DNA of 64,000 nucleotides from Azolla caroliniana. Lineage: Eukaryota; Plantae; Polypodiophyta. Each line of letters begins with the position of its first letter. Position 1 is the stretch's first letter. Of the stretch, positions 12,031-24,319 are shown piece by piece. Both the position numbers and the translations under genes were made by a program. The stretch covers positions 5,952,001 through 6,016,000 of the forward strand of contig JBHGNT010000013.1 of the NCBI GenBank assembly GCA_043228905.1. The letters run 5' to 3'. The notes under the pieces are model-generated. The model was given only the letters and a program-made list of their open reading frames with translations, searched no databases and was not told the DNA's origin.

Positions 12031-12425
12031 GATATCACTTTAGTATTAAAGAAGAAAGTTGTTTAGATGTATTTGTTTCTCAATATAGATGAACATGATA
12101 TTCCTAACGTTCCTATCAAAGAATTGTGGAGTGCGAATAGATTTAGACTCTTATAATCATGCACTACGATACGATCTTCTGTATTGTGATCAGTTCTGTT
12201 AGTTAGTACAGTTAAAGCAAAACAACATATAGATTTATACGAATAACAACACAAGTGCTCAGAGTTCTACAACCAACAAAACTATATTAACTAAAAACAG
12301 ATGATCCTTTTTTACAATTCCTTCGGTTCCTTTTATAGGTAACCAAGAAGACTTTCTCATCAAGAAATACATATTGCCTTACCGACAAGAACTACAAAAC
12401 TTATAACTTAATATTCGGTAATTTA

Positions 12426-15180
12426 TTATTTCGGCCAAAATGCTGACTCGTCGATCCTCATCGTCGATCTGTCCCCGACTCCGACGCTTTTACACTTTTC
12501 GATAGCCCGTTGTCCGGGTAACAGTTGGCACACCCATGGGCTAGGGCCTTGCCCGGTGAACCCACGGCACCAACTACTCCTGCTGGTCGAATTGAGTGTC
12601 CGCGTCCAACTCATCTTCAAAGTCGTCCTGCAAAATGTCGAATAGCGAAGGTTCTTCTTGGTGAACTTGCTCGTCTTCAAATTCTGAATCTGCAGCTTGT
12701 TCGTTAGTGGTGAATGCTCTTGGTGGTTGTGTAGAGGTTTCTAGTGCTTTGTGACCTGACGTCTGGCTTTATTGTTCTACTGCATAGGCATGTAATTGGA
12801 CAGATGTGTCGATCTCATGCTTGTCAAATTCTTTCATAAGTCGACTCACTTCTTCGTGATGACGAGTTGCCATGTCGTACAAGTCCTTAGCAATATCTTC
12901 CTATACTATTGAGATTGCTTCCTTTGTCATTTTGAAAAAGCCTATTCCCTGTGCTTTCCGATTCTCCCGGTCGGCTTGTAAGAGTTGAAGTTTTGCAGCT
13001 TGGGCTCACCAGGTTTTCCAGCCCTTATCCAATGAATCAGGTACGAGTTTCAAAGTGTTTATTCTATGACGCTTTAGGATGGCATTAATTTTCTCTTCCC
13101 CCATGCTTGCCCTGTATTGTGCTTCTGCCAATTGTTTGCATAAATCTTCTATATATGCATTGGTGGAACCCTCCGCTTGTAAGAGTTTTGCTTCAGCAAC
13201 CAATAGATCTAGCCTTTTTCTTTCATACTGATCTCCGAGTTCTCTGCAACGTTGTTGCAACTCAGCATTCATCACTTCTCATTATCGCTTGTCGTCATCA
13301 TATGCCTCTTGTGCGGCTTTGGTTTTGAGTTCTGCTTTAGCCATTTGGTCAACAAAATAGTCCTCCTGAATATGTACATATTCTTCTAATTCTAGTATCT
13401 TCTCCTCATTTTGCATTTTCTCTTCTTGTTGTTGTGCTAGTTGTTGTTTGAGCTTTTGTATTGCTGCATCTTTTGCATCTAGTCATTTACCAACTTCTGC
13501 TTTAGCCAAAAGTAGTCGCTCTTCTATATTTTTGGCTCTTGTTTCAGCTTCCTGTACTCGTGTTGTTGCAGATTGAACAGATGCTTCTGCTTGCTTCACT
13601 CTTTGGTTCAGTTCTTGCTCCGAGTCGAAAAATATAGTTGGTGTTGGCGTTTTAATAGTTCTTCTTTGGCTTCCTTTAGTTTTTCTTCAGTCTGTCGACA
13701 TTTTTCCGACAGTTCTTCCTTTTCGGCTTGAGTTCTTGTAAATTTCTCATTCAAAACTTTCGATGTTGTCATTGCTTTTTTGTATAACTCATCCATATCT
13801 CTGGCTACTCTGCTTGCACGTTCATATTCCTTATTTTTGTATAGCAAGGGAGTCATCTGTATAACTTCCCCCTTATTTTTGGCATTGTGTTGGCAGCCGA
13901 TTTGGTCGACTTCCTGCTGCTCTTCTGGGTCAACAGCCCCTACCAATGATTTCTGAATCATAATCTGATCCTTATGCTCTTGTTCCATTCTTTTCGACAC
14001 CTCTTGCAATCTTTGTGCTAACCATTCAACCAATTCGTAAGATGTACTGAATTGGAGTATGGCTGCCAACTCATGTGCTACCGGTGGTATCTCAGAAAAA
14101 CCTGTGATTTACATGAAACTCTGTTTGAGTCGGTTGCTCCTCAATCCTTTGCTTTTTTCTTGTTGATCCTTCTTCTGATCTTGCTAAAATCTTTGAGCCC
14201 GTTGTTTCACTTGACGCGCTCATTCTGTGGAAAGTGGAACTTGTTGTTCTGTCAGCGTCGGTTGCTCAAGTTCCAGTGAAGTTGGTGTTGGATTGGGTTG
14301 TGGAGTTGCTTGTTCCGTCTGAGGTTGTGGAACTGGTGGGATCGATGTTGGGTTGGGTTGTGGAATTGTTTGTTCCGGTTCAGGTTGTGGAACCGGTGGA
14401 GTCGGTGCGGGGTTGGGTTGTGGGGCTGGTTGTTCAGGCTCAGGTTCTAGAATCGGTCGATCAATTCGTCATCGACCTGTGTCGACCCTACTTCTTGTCA
14501 CTCTTCCTGTCGTAGTTGCCGTCTACGTCTGGGAACTGGTTGTGGTCTTGTCGGCCGTTGTTCTGCTTGTTGATTTTCCAAACTTGGTGTCAGAAAGAGC
14601 ACTGACAAACATCGTGCAAAGATTGGCTTCATTGTCTTGCCTTTTTGCACCCGTAACAGTTGCTCTCTAAGAGCTTTTGCCGGCAATAATCCCCAATCAA
14701 AATTTTCACCTTCATAAGTGGCGATTATAAACCCTGCCCATTTTTTCGGCATACAGTAAAACCTCGGGAAGACAAATCCAACTTCCAGCAACAATCTTGC
14801 CACTTAATGAAAGAAATCATCTTCTCCTCCTTGCGTTTGATAAGCTTTTGCTGACGAAGAATATTCTCCGAAATAAGAACTCAATATGTCTTTGTCCATT
14901 TTCTACACTACATCAAATCCTTCCCTTTTTAAGTTTAGAAATAGTCTCGGCGTACCTGTTTATTGGTGACTTTGGCCATATCAATTTGTTGAATGATTTC
15001 TAAGGCGTGTGGATGAGGATCCGCATCCGCAACTTTCAGGAACCCTTGCAAACCCTTTTTGGTGAGACACCATTGAAGGTTATCAGAAACAAGAATTGGC
15101 ATGATGTCTTCTTCTACAGAGATTTTGGACTCTGGAGTGCTGTTGCGAGGGCGACGAAGGGCCCAAGAATTTCTAAGCAT
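12426..15180 (-). pseudogene. Long accessory ORF of a gypsy element, 3' of integrase: conserved N-terminal domain, P/T/Q-rich linker, coiled coil
   Basis: Track ORFs 14935-15318, 14498-14803, 13608-14069 and 13006-13275 chain through stops; E/K/Q/A-rich heptads at 12900-14000; N-terminus homologous to 48858-49260. Confidence 0.7.
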
Positions 15181-15238
15181 GACAATTAGTTCTATTGCCA
15201 AGATTTTCTTTTGTTTACATTTGTGGCCTTTTGCCATG

Positions 15239-15665
15239 TCACTGGTCATTGGAGTCATGGTTTTGGTGGAAGGGTTTTTCCGGCATCTCCCAGTGGTATG
15301 GTTTGAGTTGGAACCCATTAATCCATTTCGGTAAAATTTCCCCTAATAATGTACCTACTTGGTACGTACCATTTTTGTTGTCAACTATCCAAAATGGCCC
15401 TGTCCATTGGAATCGTAGTTTTCTCGGCATCGATCCCATTTTTGTTTGAAATACTAACACCGGTTTTCCGATTTTGAACTGTTTTTCTGCTTGTCGACGG
15501 AGACAATCCACAAATCCCTTCATTTGACGTTGGCTCTTTTCTAGAGCTGTCATCGCCTGTATTCTACCTTCCTCTAATAGCAATAATTCTTGTTTCCAAA
15601 TCAGTTCTGACTGTAGCTTATCTATATCTACTCTTTCAGTTACTTGAACTTGGAGTGTTGGAATG
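15239..15665 (-). pseudogene. pol: Gypsy integrase C-terminus (GPY/F region)
   Basis: FKIGKPVLVFQTKMGSMPRKLRFQWTGPFWIVDNKNGTYQV...NGFQLKPY. Confidence 0.88.
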
Positions 15666-15863
15666 GAAGAAGCTCACAATCAAACAAGTCAAGCACATGG
15701 CTTCAAATTTTGAATGAAAACTTTCACAAACATAAGAAGAAAATATGGCAGAGTTCTTTAATTAATACAATAGTTTATTGAATGTAAATACGATGCAATG
15801 TATACAAGAGAAATAGCGTAAAGAACTTTTAAAAATGAAGTTTTTTTTTTCCAGTTATCAAAT

Positions 15864-16147
15864 TCAAGCAATGTCATTGATATGTGATTCCAAATAAGCG
15901 CCAACTATGCACATCTCCTCTTTTAAATGCTCCTCGGTTGCATCCATGAAATTCTCATCGTATTCAAATATCCATTTGATGATGCTTGTATTTGGCTCAA
16001 CCCCAGCTAAAACTTGAGCACTATAAGTCATGTTGGGGTTAGAATGCATTCCTAAATATCCTCCATCAAAGACAGTAGCTTTGAGACTCATTTGTTCATG
16101 GTCAATGTTGTTCCACAGAAACTTGATGTAATCAAATTTAGAAAAGT
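15864..16147 (-). pseudogene. Bet v1/MLP-like (SRPBCC fold) last exon; first exon not found
   Basis: YIKFLWNNIDHEQMSLKATVFDGGYLG...YSAQVLAGVEPNTSIIKWIFEY...VGAYLESH resembles the Bet v1/MLP C-terminal half; T-rich acceptor TTGATTTCTTCAG at 16160-16148 gives a phase-1 intron. Confidence 0.55.
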
Positions 16148-16840
16148 CTGAAGAAATCAATAAAAGGTTATCAATGATAATGTTAAAAGTATAAATTGCA
16201 TTTCAATAAGATCATATTTTTTATTTCTGTGGAAAATATTGATAGAATATCATATGAAACATGTTTGTGGCACAATATATGATATCGTGCACAACAAAAT
16301 TAAGGATTAGGTTAAATGGAAGCACAAGATATAACCCACTTGTGTGGCTAGGCATGTAGAAACTCCTCTTTTAATTTGGCATTCCAATGTAATAGATTTG
16401 TTATAGATTCATTCCATATAGAATCTTCCATGAGGAATGAAAATGGACTCATGACTTCTCTTGATAATTAACTCATGTCACACCATTTTTTGCAACGTAT
16501 ATACTATAGATGCAATGAAATGAATGTACAACAAATGTACAATAAAGAAAATGCACATATTATCCATTCATGTCAAAACTATGTAAACGAATTTGATTAC
16601 TACATTTTTCAGATCATTTCAAAGAGGATTTCAGTATTTTTAAAGTGGCAAGTTCTTTTGTTGAAAGTACACTACGATAAAGATGGGCAAATTTAACACT
16701 CATAACCATTCTTTTGTGAATGAATTTAATCAAAATTTTCCATGTCCTTTTTAGTACTTACAACAAAAGAACCTTGCAACTATAAAAGTATTGAACTCCT
16801 CTTTGAAATGATCTGATAATCACAAAGTGATTCTTACAAT

Positions 16841-17059
16841 GTATTCTTCAATTTAAGAATCTTCAAAATAGTGTATATGCATCACTTCCTTGTAGATGTA
16901 CATAAGCTCATGTTGACTTTAAGTGTGGAATTCCAAAAGGAATATGTGGATATGACATACATTGGAGGTTTGGATATTATAGCCATTAGGGAGATAGAAG
17001 AGCAATTTCTACATCATGTTATTATGGATATTAGTGGTTTAAGAAGGATAGGAATAATA
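16841..17059 (+). pseudogene. Possible hAT/ZNF862-like transposase remnant
   Basis: VFFNLRIFKIVYMHHFLVDVHKLMLTLSVEFQKEYVDMTYIG resembles the F.....FL.D....L..LS..FQ...D segment of hAT-derived proteins; by-eye match only. Confidence 0.3.
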
Positions 17060-17503
17060 TGAAAGCGTAAATGCAGAAGCGTTAGACTAGACCAACTTGC
17101 CGGGTAGGAACAGACAAGAAGAAAGCTAGATTACCAAAAAACTCAGAAGATAAGCATACACGGGAGAGATAGAGAGAGAGCAGAACGTAAAAGTTATATT
17201 CAAAAATCATACTTTTGTTACTTTGTTACATACAACATGCTCAACAACACTATTTATACAAGTCCTTGAAGGACATGCATCGTGCTCTGTACTTCAATGC
17301 TCACACGAGCATCTGAGATTGACTACGAGACTATTATTACCTAGTAATCTAGGCTACTACCAGGCTTCCGGTTACTACTTGATCCGGCTAACCGGCTCCC
17401 TAGCTCACCGGCACATTTACTCATCGGCTCACCGATCCGTCTCACAAATCCGGCTCATCCTTCCGGATGCCGATCCGGATCCGGTTGAGCTTGCCGCTCA
17501 ACA
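17060..17503 (-). mobile_element. 3' LTR of the split copia
   Basis: TG...CAACA next to PPT CTTGAGGGGGAG; minus-strand TATAAATA at 17258-17251; left boundary approximate. Confidence 0.75.
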
Positions 17504-18269
17504 CTCCCCCTCAAGCTCAACTTGAGGTCGGATCGTGCTATCAGTGTTCATGGTAGCCGATGCTTCCACTTGGCTCCTTTTGGCGTCGCTCTGCCTTGCT
17601 CGCGCTCCTCGTCCGGTCCGGTCTCGTTTGCCATGACCCCTTTGTTTCTGCACGCCTCGACCTCCTCGGTCGGCTTCTCTACTCAACAGGCCTAATTCAG
17701 CTCCCTCGTTGTTGTGACTTCGGCACTTGTCGACCCGTCGATTCCTCCGTGTTGGCGTCGACTTCCGCTGCCTTCTCATCCTCTTGGCCTTTAGTTAATC
17801 CGGCTCTTCCAAATCCGTTTGTTGAACCGAATCGGCTCTCTCCGACATGTTCTAGCTCTTGTGTGAATCGGTTGCTCCTGATTCATTCCGGATCTTGTCC
17901 AATTTGGTGTTTATCACGGATCATAAGCTCAAGAGACAAGCAAGAAGATAACCAAATGGACAAGAAAGAAGATAGTATTAAAGGAAAGACTCAATAACTG
18001 GTGTTGTTCACTTTGAATTGCTTCAAGGTGAACTCCTCTATTTATACTACATGGCATGCATACTTGTGGCACGCATGTGAATCTACAATAGAGCATGTAG
18101 GTATGCATGCATGTGCCAAGTGTAAATACTACAAGGGAGCAACTATACACATGATGCTAGCAAAATAATAAGGATCGATTACATACATAACTATGTACTA
18201 GATATCTTGGTTAACTCATAATATTAGATTATAACATAGTCGTGTCAAGAGTTCGAATCTTGACATTAT

Positions 18270-21030
18270 CCCCCCTCCTACGCCGCCTGCCCAAATCGGC
18301 CGTTGGTTTGTGGGGATATCGGTGATGAAAATCTTGGATGACCTTTAGGGCATTTTGTAAATTTGCCGATGGTTCCCACGTGGCCTCAGACATGGGGTAA
18401 CCCCTCCATAGGACGAGGTATTGCAAGTGTCGACGGTGCCAACGCGAGTCAAGGATTTGGTCGACCTCATATTCCTCCCCTGTCATCAATTGCACAGGTG
18501 GTGGTGGTGGGGCCTGACATCCTGGGAGTTGTGAAGCATAATGGGGTTCGAGGAGGGAGACATGAAAAATATCGTGAATCCGGAAGTGGGATGGAAGGGC
18601 GAGCCGGAAGGCGACGGGATTGATGCACTCGATGATACGGAATGGTCCCAAATTCTTATAATCAAGTTTCGCACATGGACGAGTAGTAGAGATGTGTCGA
18701 CTTAACAACCAAACCATGTCTCCAACGACAAAGTGTGGAGTGGAAGATCGATGGCGATCAGCCTTCTTCTTGTATCGTTCACTAGCAAGACTAAGCTCCA
18801 AGGATAAATCATGATGTAGTTCTTCCAAAATGCGGGCGGGATCCTCCGCCGAAGGGTTCACGGAAGTGGTAGGAAGGGAAATGTTGAAGTGAGGATGTAA
18901 ACCATAGTTGGCAAAAAAGGGAGTGACGCCAGTCGATGCATGGAGAGAATTATTGTAGGCGAATTCCGCAAGCGAAAGTAAGTTGACCCAATCATCTTGT
19001 TGGTAACTAACCGAGCACCGAAGATATTGTTCAAGGATTTGGTTCACACACTCCGTTTGCCCGTCAGTTTGGGGGTGATAAGCGGAGGACAACTTGACAG
19101 AGATGCCTAAAGTTTGTAGCAGGCGCTACCAGAAGTGAGAGACAAACTGGGGTCCGCGATTTGAGATGACATCATCGGGGAGTCCATGCAAGCGTACCAC
19201 ATTGTTGAGTAGTAGATGCACCATTCCTTCTCCGGAAATGGTTTTGGAGCATGGAGTGAAGTGAGGCATCTTCGTAAACCGATTGACAACAACCAACACC
19301 GAGTCATAGCTATTGACCAAGGGTAGATCAGTTATCAGGTCCATAGAGATAGAGGCCCAAGGACGACGAGGACATGGAAGCTGCTGTAGTAAGCCGTATG
19401 GCCGATGATGAATGGCTTTGGAGTGAGCACAAACCTCACAACTCTTTATGTATTCTTTGACCAACTTCCATGGTTGTGGCCACCAATACCCCCGAGAGAT
19501 TAGCTCGAGGGTTTTCGCGACCCCGAAATGACCTACAAGTGGGTCATCGTGGCATTCCCGCAACACCCGGGTGCAACATGGGCCCTCTGGGACGTATAAG
19601 AGATGATCTCGGAACAACAAACCCTCTTATATGGTGAAGGTGTCAAGATCCTTCCTTTTGGTCGCCTTGGAGGGGTTTTGCAAACTATCTCGAATCTCGT
19701 TGGCGAAAGCATCGGTCTTGGATGCATCAATGATTTGTTGGAGTAAAGAATCACCCTGCAACATACAAGTGGCAAAAAGATGCAATTGGTCGGGTTTCAA
19801 CAAATGTCTAGATTGTTGAGCATAAGCAGCATCCCCAGGGTGGAGTGCAAGGTCAGCTTGGCGAGAAAGGGCATCAGCCTTCCCATGTTGGCCACCAGGT
19901 CGAAATACGATCTCAAAATCGTAGTCGGCGAGAAATGTCGACCAACGGGCCTGCCTTCGATTCAAAGTACGAGTGGTGGAAAAATAAACTAAATTTTTAT
20001 GATCAGTCACTACCTGGACACGATGTTGTGCGCCGGCCAAGTAGGGTCGCCATTCTTCAAAGGCAGCAATGATAGCAGCAAGCTCCTTGTCGTAAATGGG
20101 ATAATTGATTTCGGATGCCGTAAATTTTTGGGAATAGTAAGCCACTGGGCACATTAGGTTGTTGTTGTCTGCCTGGGATAAGATGGCGCCAATGGCAAAG
20201 TCAGAGGCATCGGTTTCGACTTGGAAGGGTTTTGTGGGGTCGGCATGTAGCAGCACCGGGGTAGTGATGAATGCGTGTTTGAGTGAGTCAAATGCATTTT
20301 GCACCTCCGAGGTCCATAAAAATGGAGTGCCTTTATGGGTGAGAGCGATAAGAGGTTGTGCTAGGGTGGAAAACCCCTTGATGAAGCGACGGTAAAAATT
20401 CGCGAAGCCGAGGAAGGATTGCACATCTTTAAGTCGCCTTGGAGTCGCCCACGCGTGAATGACAGAGACCTTCTTCATATCCATGGTGATGCCAGTGGGC
20501 AAGATGATGTAGCCCAGAAATTCGATCGAGGTACGGTCGAACTCGCATTTCTCGCCTTTGGCATAAAGGCCATGCTCGCAAAGTTTGGCAACAACTAATC
20601 ATACTTGGCGAGTGTGCTCCTCCATGTTTGGCGAGAAAATGAGAATATCATCGAGGTAAATGACAACAAAAAGATCAAGATATTCCAGGAATATATCGTT
20701 CATCATATGTTGAAAAACTGCGGGAGCGTTAGTAAGACCAAAAGGCATTACCTTGTATTCGAAATGCCCATACCGTGTTCGAAATGCGGTTTTCCATTCA
20801 TCCCCCGGCTTGATGCGTACTAGATTGTACGCTCCACGCAGATCAACTTTGGAGAAGACACGCGCAACTCGAAGCTGATCAAGGAGTTCGGGGATCAGAG
20901 GTAGCGGATAGCGGTTGCGCACAGTGAGTTTGTTGAGACCTCGGTAGTTGACGCATAAGCGTAGAGAGTCGTCCTTCTTCTTCACGAATAAAATGGGGCC
21001 CCCGGCTGGTGACTTAGAAGGTTGAATAAA
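18270..21030 (-). pseudogene. pol: pol: RT, RNase H, integrase, chromodomain
   Basis: [64 protein letters not shown]...CEVC, EEYEVDQILDSRWHRRHLQYLVLWRGYPMSEATWEP. Confidence 0.95.
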
Positions 21031-21719
21031 GACGATTGTCACAATGGACTGCTTGTGAAATCGCTTGGGATAATGAGGTGGGCTCCGGAAAGTTTAAGAG
21101 AAGATTCTTGACATTGCTTCGAAGGCCGCGCCGAAAGTAATCAGCTAAAGCTTGATCATCCCAATTGACGTCACATGCTAGTTGTCAAAATTCTGAAGCA
21201 TAGACCGAAGCTGCACGCGAACCTTGTTCGAGTGCATAAATCTTGTTAAGAGCTGTACGTCTCTCCAAATGTGCCCTCTAACTCGGCGAGGAAGGCGGGA
21301 AAGTCCTCCAATAGAGGTGATGAGGTTTCTACCAATGGTGCAAACCAAGCTTGGGCCGGACTGGAGAGAAGGGTGCCCACAAGGCCGACTTGTCGAAGAC
21401 CATCTCCATAACGTTGAGGTTGTAGCTGAATGATAAGTCAAACTTGGTTGATGAACCCTCGGAAACGCGACCTCGTTCCATCAAATTTTTCTGGGAGGCT
21501 AACCTTAGGCTCAAGAAACTGTGACGAAGCTAGGCTAGATGTTGGTAGAAGATCGGGCTCTAGGCTAGGTTGTTGTGAGAGACTAGGGTTCGGGGGTTGT
21601 GAGGATAGGGAGGTACCGACTTGAAGTTCTTGTAAAGAATTTCGAAGAGCTTCATTTTCAAGCTGTAGTTGTCGTAAGGCCACCATTATTTGGCCTAACT
21701 CACTAGTTGAGTCGGACAT
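21030..21719 (-). pseudogene. gag: gag, PEG10/RTL-like capsid type
   Basis: EPKVSLPEKFDGTRSRFRGFINQV...WDDQALADYFRRGLRSNVKNLLL...AVHCDNRL. Confidence 0.85.
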
Positions 21720-23512
21720 AGCTATGGCTTATGAGAAGGAGAGCTATGAGGATGGGAAGGTGAACAAACCTTCACGGATCATAAGCTCAAGAGACAAGCA
21801 AGAAGATAACCAAATGGACAGGAAAGAAGATAGTATTAAAGGAAAGACTCCATAACTGGTGTTGTTCACTTTGAAATGCTTCAAGGTGAACTCCTCTATT
21901 TATACTACATGGCATGCATACTTGTGGCACGCATGTGAATCTACAATAGAGCATGTAGGTATGCATGCATGTGCCAAGTGTAAATACTACAAGGGAGCAA
22001 CTATGCACATGATGCTAGCAAAATAATAAGGATCAATTGCATACATAACTATGTACTAGATATCTTGGTTAACTCATAATACTAGATTATAACATAGTCG
22101 TGTCAAGAGTTCGAATCTTCACAGTGTTCTCCAACTCGTCTTCTGGTTCCAAGGCCTTGGCCTTCTTCTTTTGGTCGGTTCTGTCCTTCTTGACTTTGCT
22201 GCCTCTGCCGCTTGCTCTGACTAGTCCCCTTTTCCTCTTGTCTCCCCCATTGTCGGTTCTTCCCTTACCGGAGCAATCAGCAATTTCTTTGCCTTTGCAT
22301 GTTCCGGTGTCTTTGCCCATTCTCCCCCTCAAGTGCGGCACGTCGAGATGTTGAATGCCAAGCATTTCGGTGAAGTGTTGCAACTTCTCCAATCGGAGCG
22401 GCTTGGTGAAGATGTCAGCAACTTGCCGATCCGTTTGAACATACCGAAGTTCAACTTCACCGCTCAGGACACGCTCACGCATGAAGTGGTAGTGCACTTT
22501 TATGTGCTTTGTTCGAGCATGGAATACGAGGTTCTTGGCGAGCTGTATGCTGCTTATGTTGTCGCAGTAGATTAGGATCGGGGTCGGCACCTCGATCCAC
22601 AGGTCTTGCAGTAGTCGCCTATTAGAGACATGTACTAAAGTAAGCATTAGATAAGGATAGATCTAGGTAGATAGAAAGAAAGGACAGAGAGAAAGAAGGA
22701 TGCTGATCCACCCGACCACCCCCGAGCGAAGGGATCGAGATGGACTCGAGCCTCGATCGGCATCCCATACCACCGTCGTGGCGTCGAGTCATACCTGGTG
22801 CTGGCGTGCTCGCTACAAGAGTTGATCCACCACAAGACAGAGTCTCGACGTAGTCAAAAAGATGATCAAATGAGGGTAGCTAGGCCTCTTATTTATAGCG
22901 ATACCCAAGGCCCCCAGGCAAGTTCACACTTGGCCTAATGGGTTGTCTCTGTCATGGACACACCAAGCGCGGACTAAGACAGAGCACAGATGATGAGGCT
23001 ATGACGGAGCGATGACGCGAGGAACAAGAGCATAAAGATAGAGATGAAGATCAAGGAGAGAGGATGGGAAAAATGGGAATACTAGATTGATATGTCCATG
23101 ACTGGCGTTGTTCACCTTGAATTCCTTCAAGGTGAACTCAACTATTTATACTAAGTGGCATGCATACCTGTTGCACGCATGTGATACAATAGAGCATGTA
23201 GGTAGTAGGTACGCATGCATGTGCCAAGTGTTAATAATACAAGGGAGAAATTATGCACATGATGCTAGCTAAAACCTACAATGAGGAAGTATATACATGA
23301 TGATATGTTAGTTGTGTGGTTAACACATAACACTAGATTATAACTTGGTCATGTCAAGAGTTCGAATCTTGACATTATCCCCCCTCCAATGATGCCTTCC
23401 CAAATCGTTTGTCGACTTTAGGGGATATTGTTGATGAAAATCTTAGATCACCTCAAAAGTATTTTGTAAATCCTAGACAAGGAGTAACCCTTCCACAAGA
23501 CGAGGTATTTAA

Positions 23513-24315
23513 CACCAATGGGCATGAGCGACCATGTGTGGTCCTCGTCTAGAACTGGAACACAAATATCAATGGGTGTGAGCGACCGTGTGCAGTCCTC
23601 ACGGGGAGCATGAACACCAAGGGGCATGAGTAACCATGTGGGGTCCTTGCCAGGAATTGGAATGGTCCTTGCTGAGAGCTGGAACACGAACACGAACGGG
23701 CATGAGCAACCATGTTGTCCTCACCGAGAAATGGAACACGACCGAGTGAGCGACCATGTGGCCCTCACCGGGAACAGGAACACGAACGGGAGTAATCGAC
23801 CATGTGTGGTCCTCATTGGGAACTAGAACATGAACAACAACGGGCATGAGGAACCATGTCGGTCCTCACCGGGATCTGGAACACAAACAATAGTTGGAGT
23901 GAGTGACCATGTGTGGTTCTCACCGGAGGTTGGAACACGAACACCAACAGGCATGAGAGACCATGTTGGTCCTTGCCGAGAGTTGGAACACAAACACCAA
24001 CGGGCGTGAGCGACCATGTGTGGTCCTCACGGAGAACTGGAACATGAGCCACAATGGGCATGAGCGACCATGTCGGTCCTCGCTGGGATGTGGAACATGA
24101 AAAATAACTGGAGTGAGTGACCATGTGCAGTCCTCACCGGAGACTGGAACACGAACGGGAGTGAGCGACCATGCGGCCCTCACCGGGCACAAGAACACGA
24201 ACGGGCGTGAGCGACCATGCGGCCCTCACCAGGCACAAGAACACGAATGGGTGCGAGAGACCATGCGGCCCTTACCGGGAACTCGAACACGAACGTGCGT
24301 GAGCGACCATGCGAC
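23513..24315. repeat. Tandem minisatellite, about 16 units, mostly 44-54 bp
   Basis: Consensus close to GAACACGAACGGGCGTGAGCGACCATGTGTGGTCCTCACCGGGAACTG. Confidence 0.9.
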
Positions 24316-24319
24316 CATA

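Larger units (their letters stand above)
17912..22123 (-). mobile_element. Tcn1/Tf-like chromovirus with both LTRs; Zn knuckle and protease deleted
   Basis: LTRs 17912-18265 and ~21770-22123 (about 10 differences in 354 bp); TSD GTGTT at 17907-17911 and 22124-22128; PPT GGAGGGGGGATAA. Confidence 0.95.

Noticed and set aside
12060-12420. 3' LTR of the 12-15.6 kb gypsy element
   Set aside because: TATA context CCTTTTATAGG resembles the LTR at 55.8 kb, but no termini or PPT could be placed.
23513-24315. CRISPR-like periodic array
   Set aside because: Units are homologous along their whole length, with no unique spacers and no cas genes; the context is a eukaryotic retroelement.
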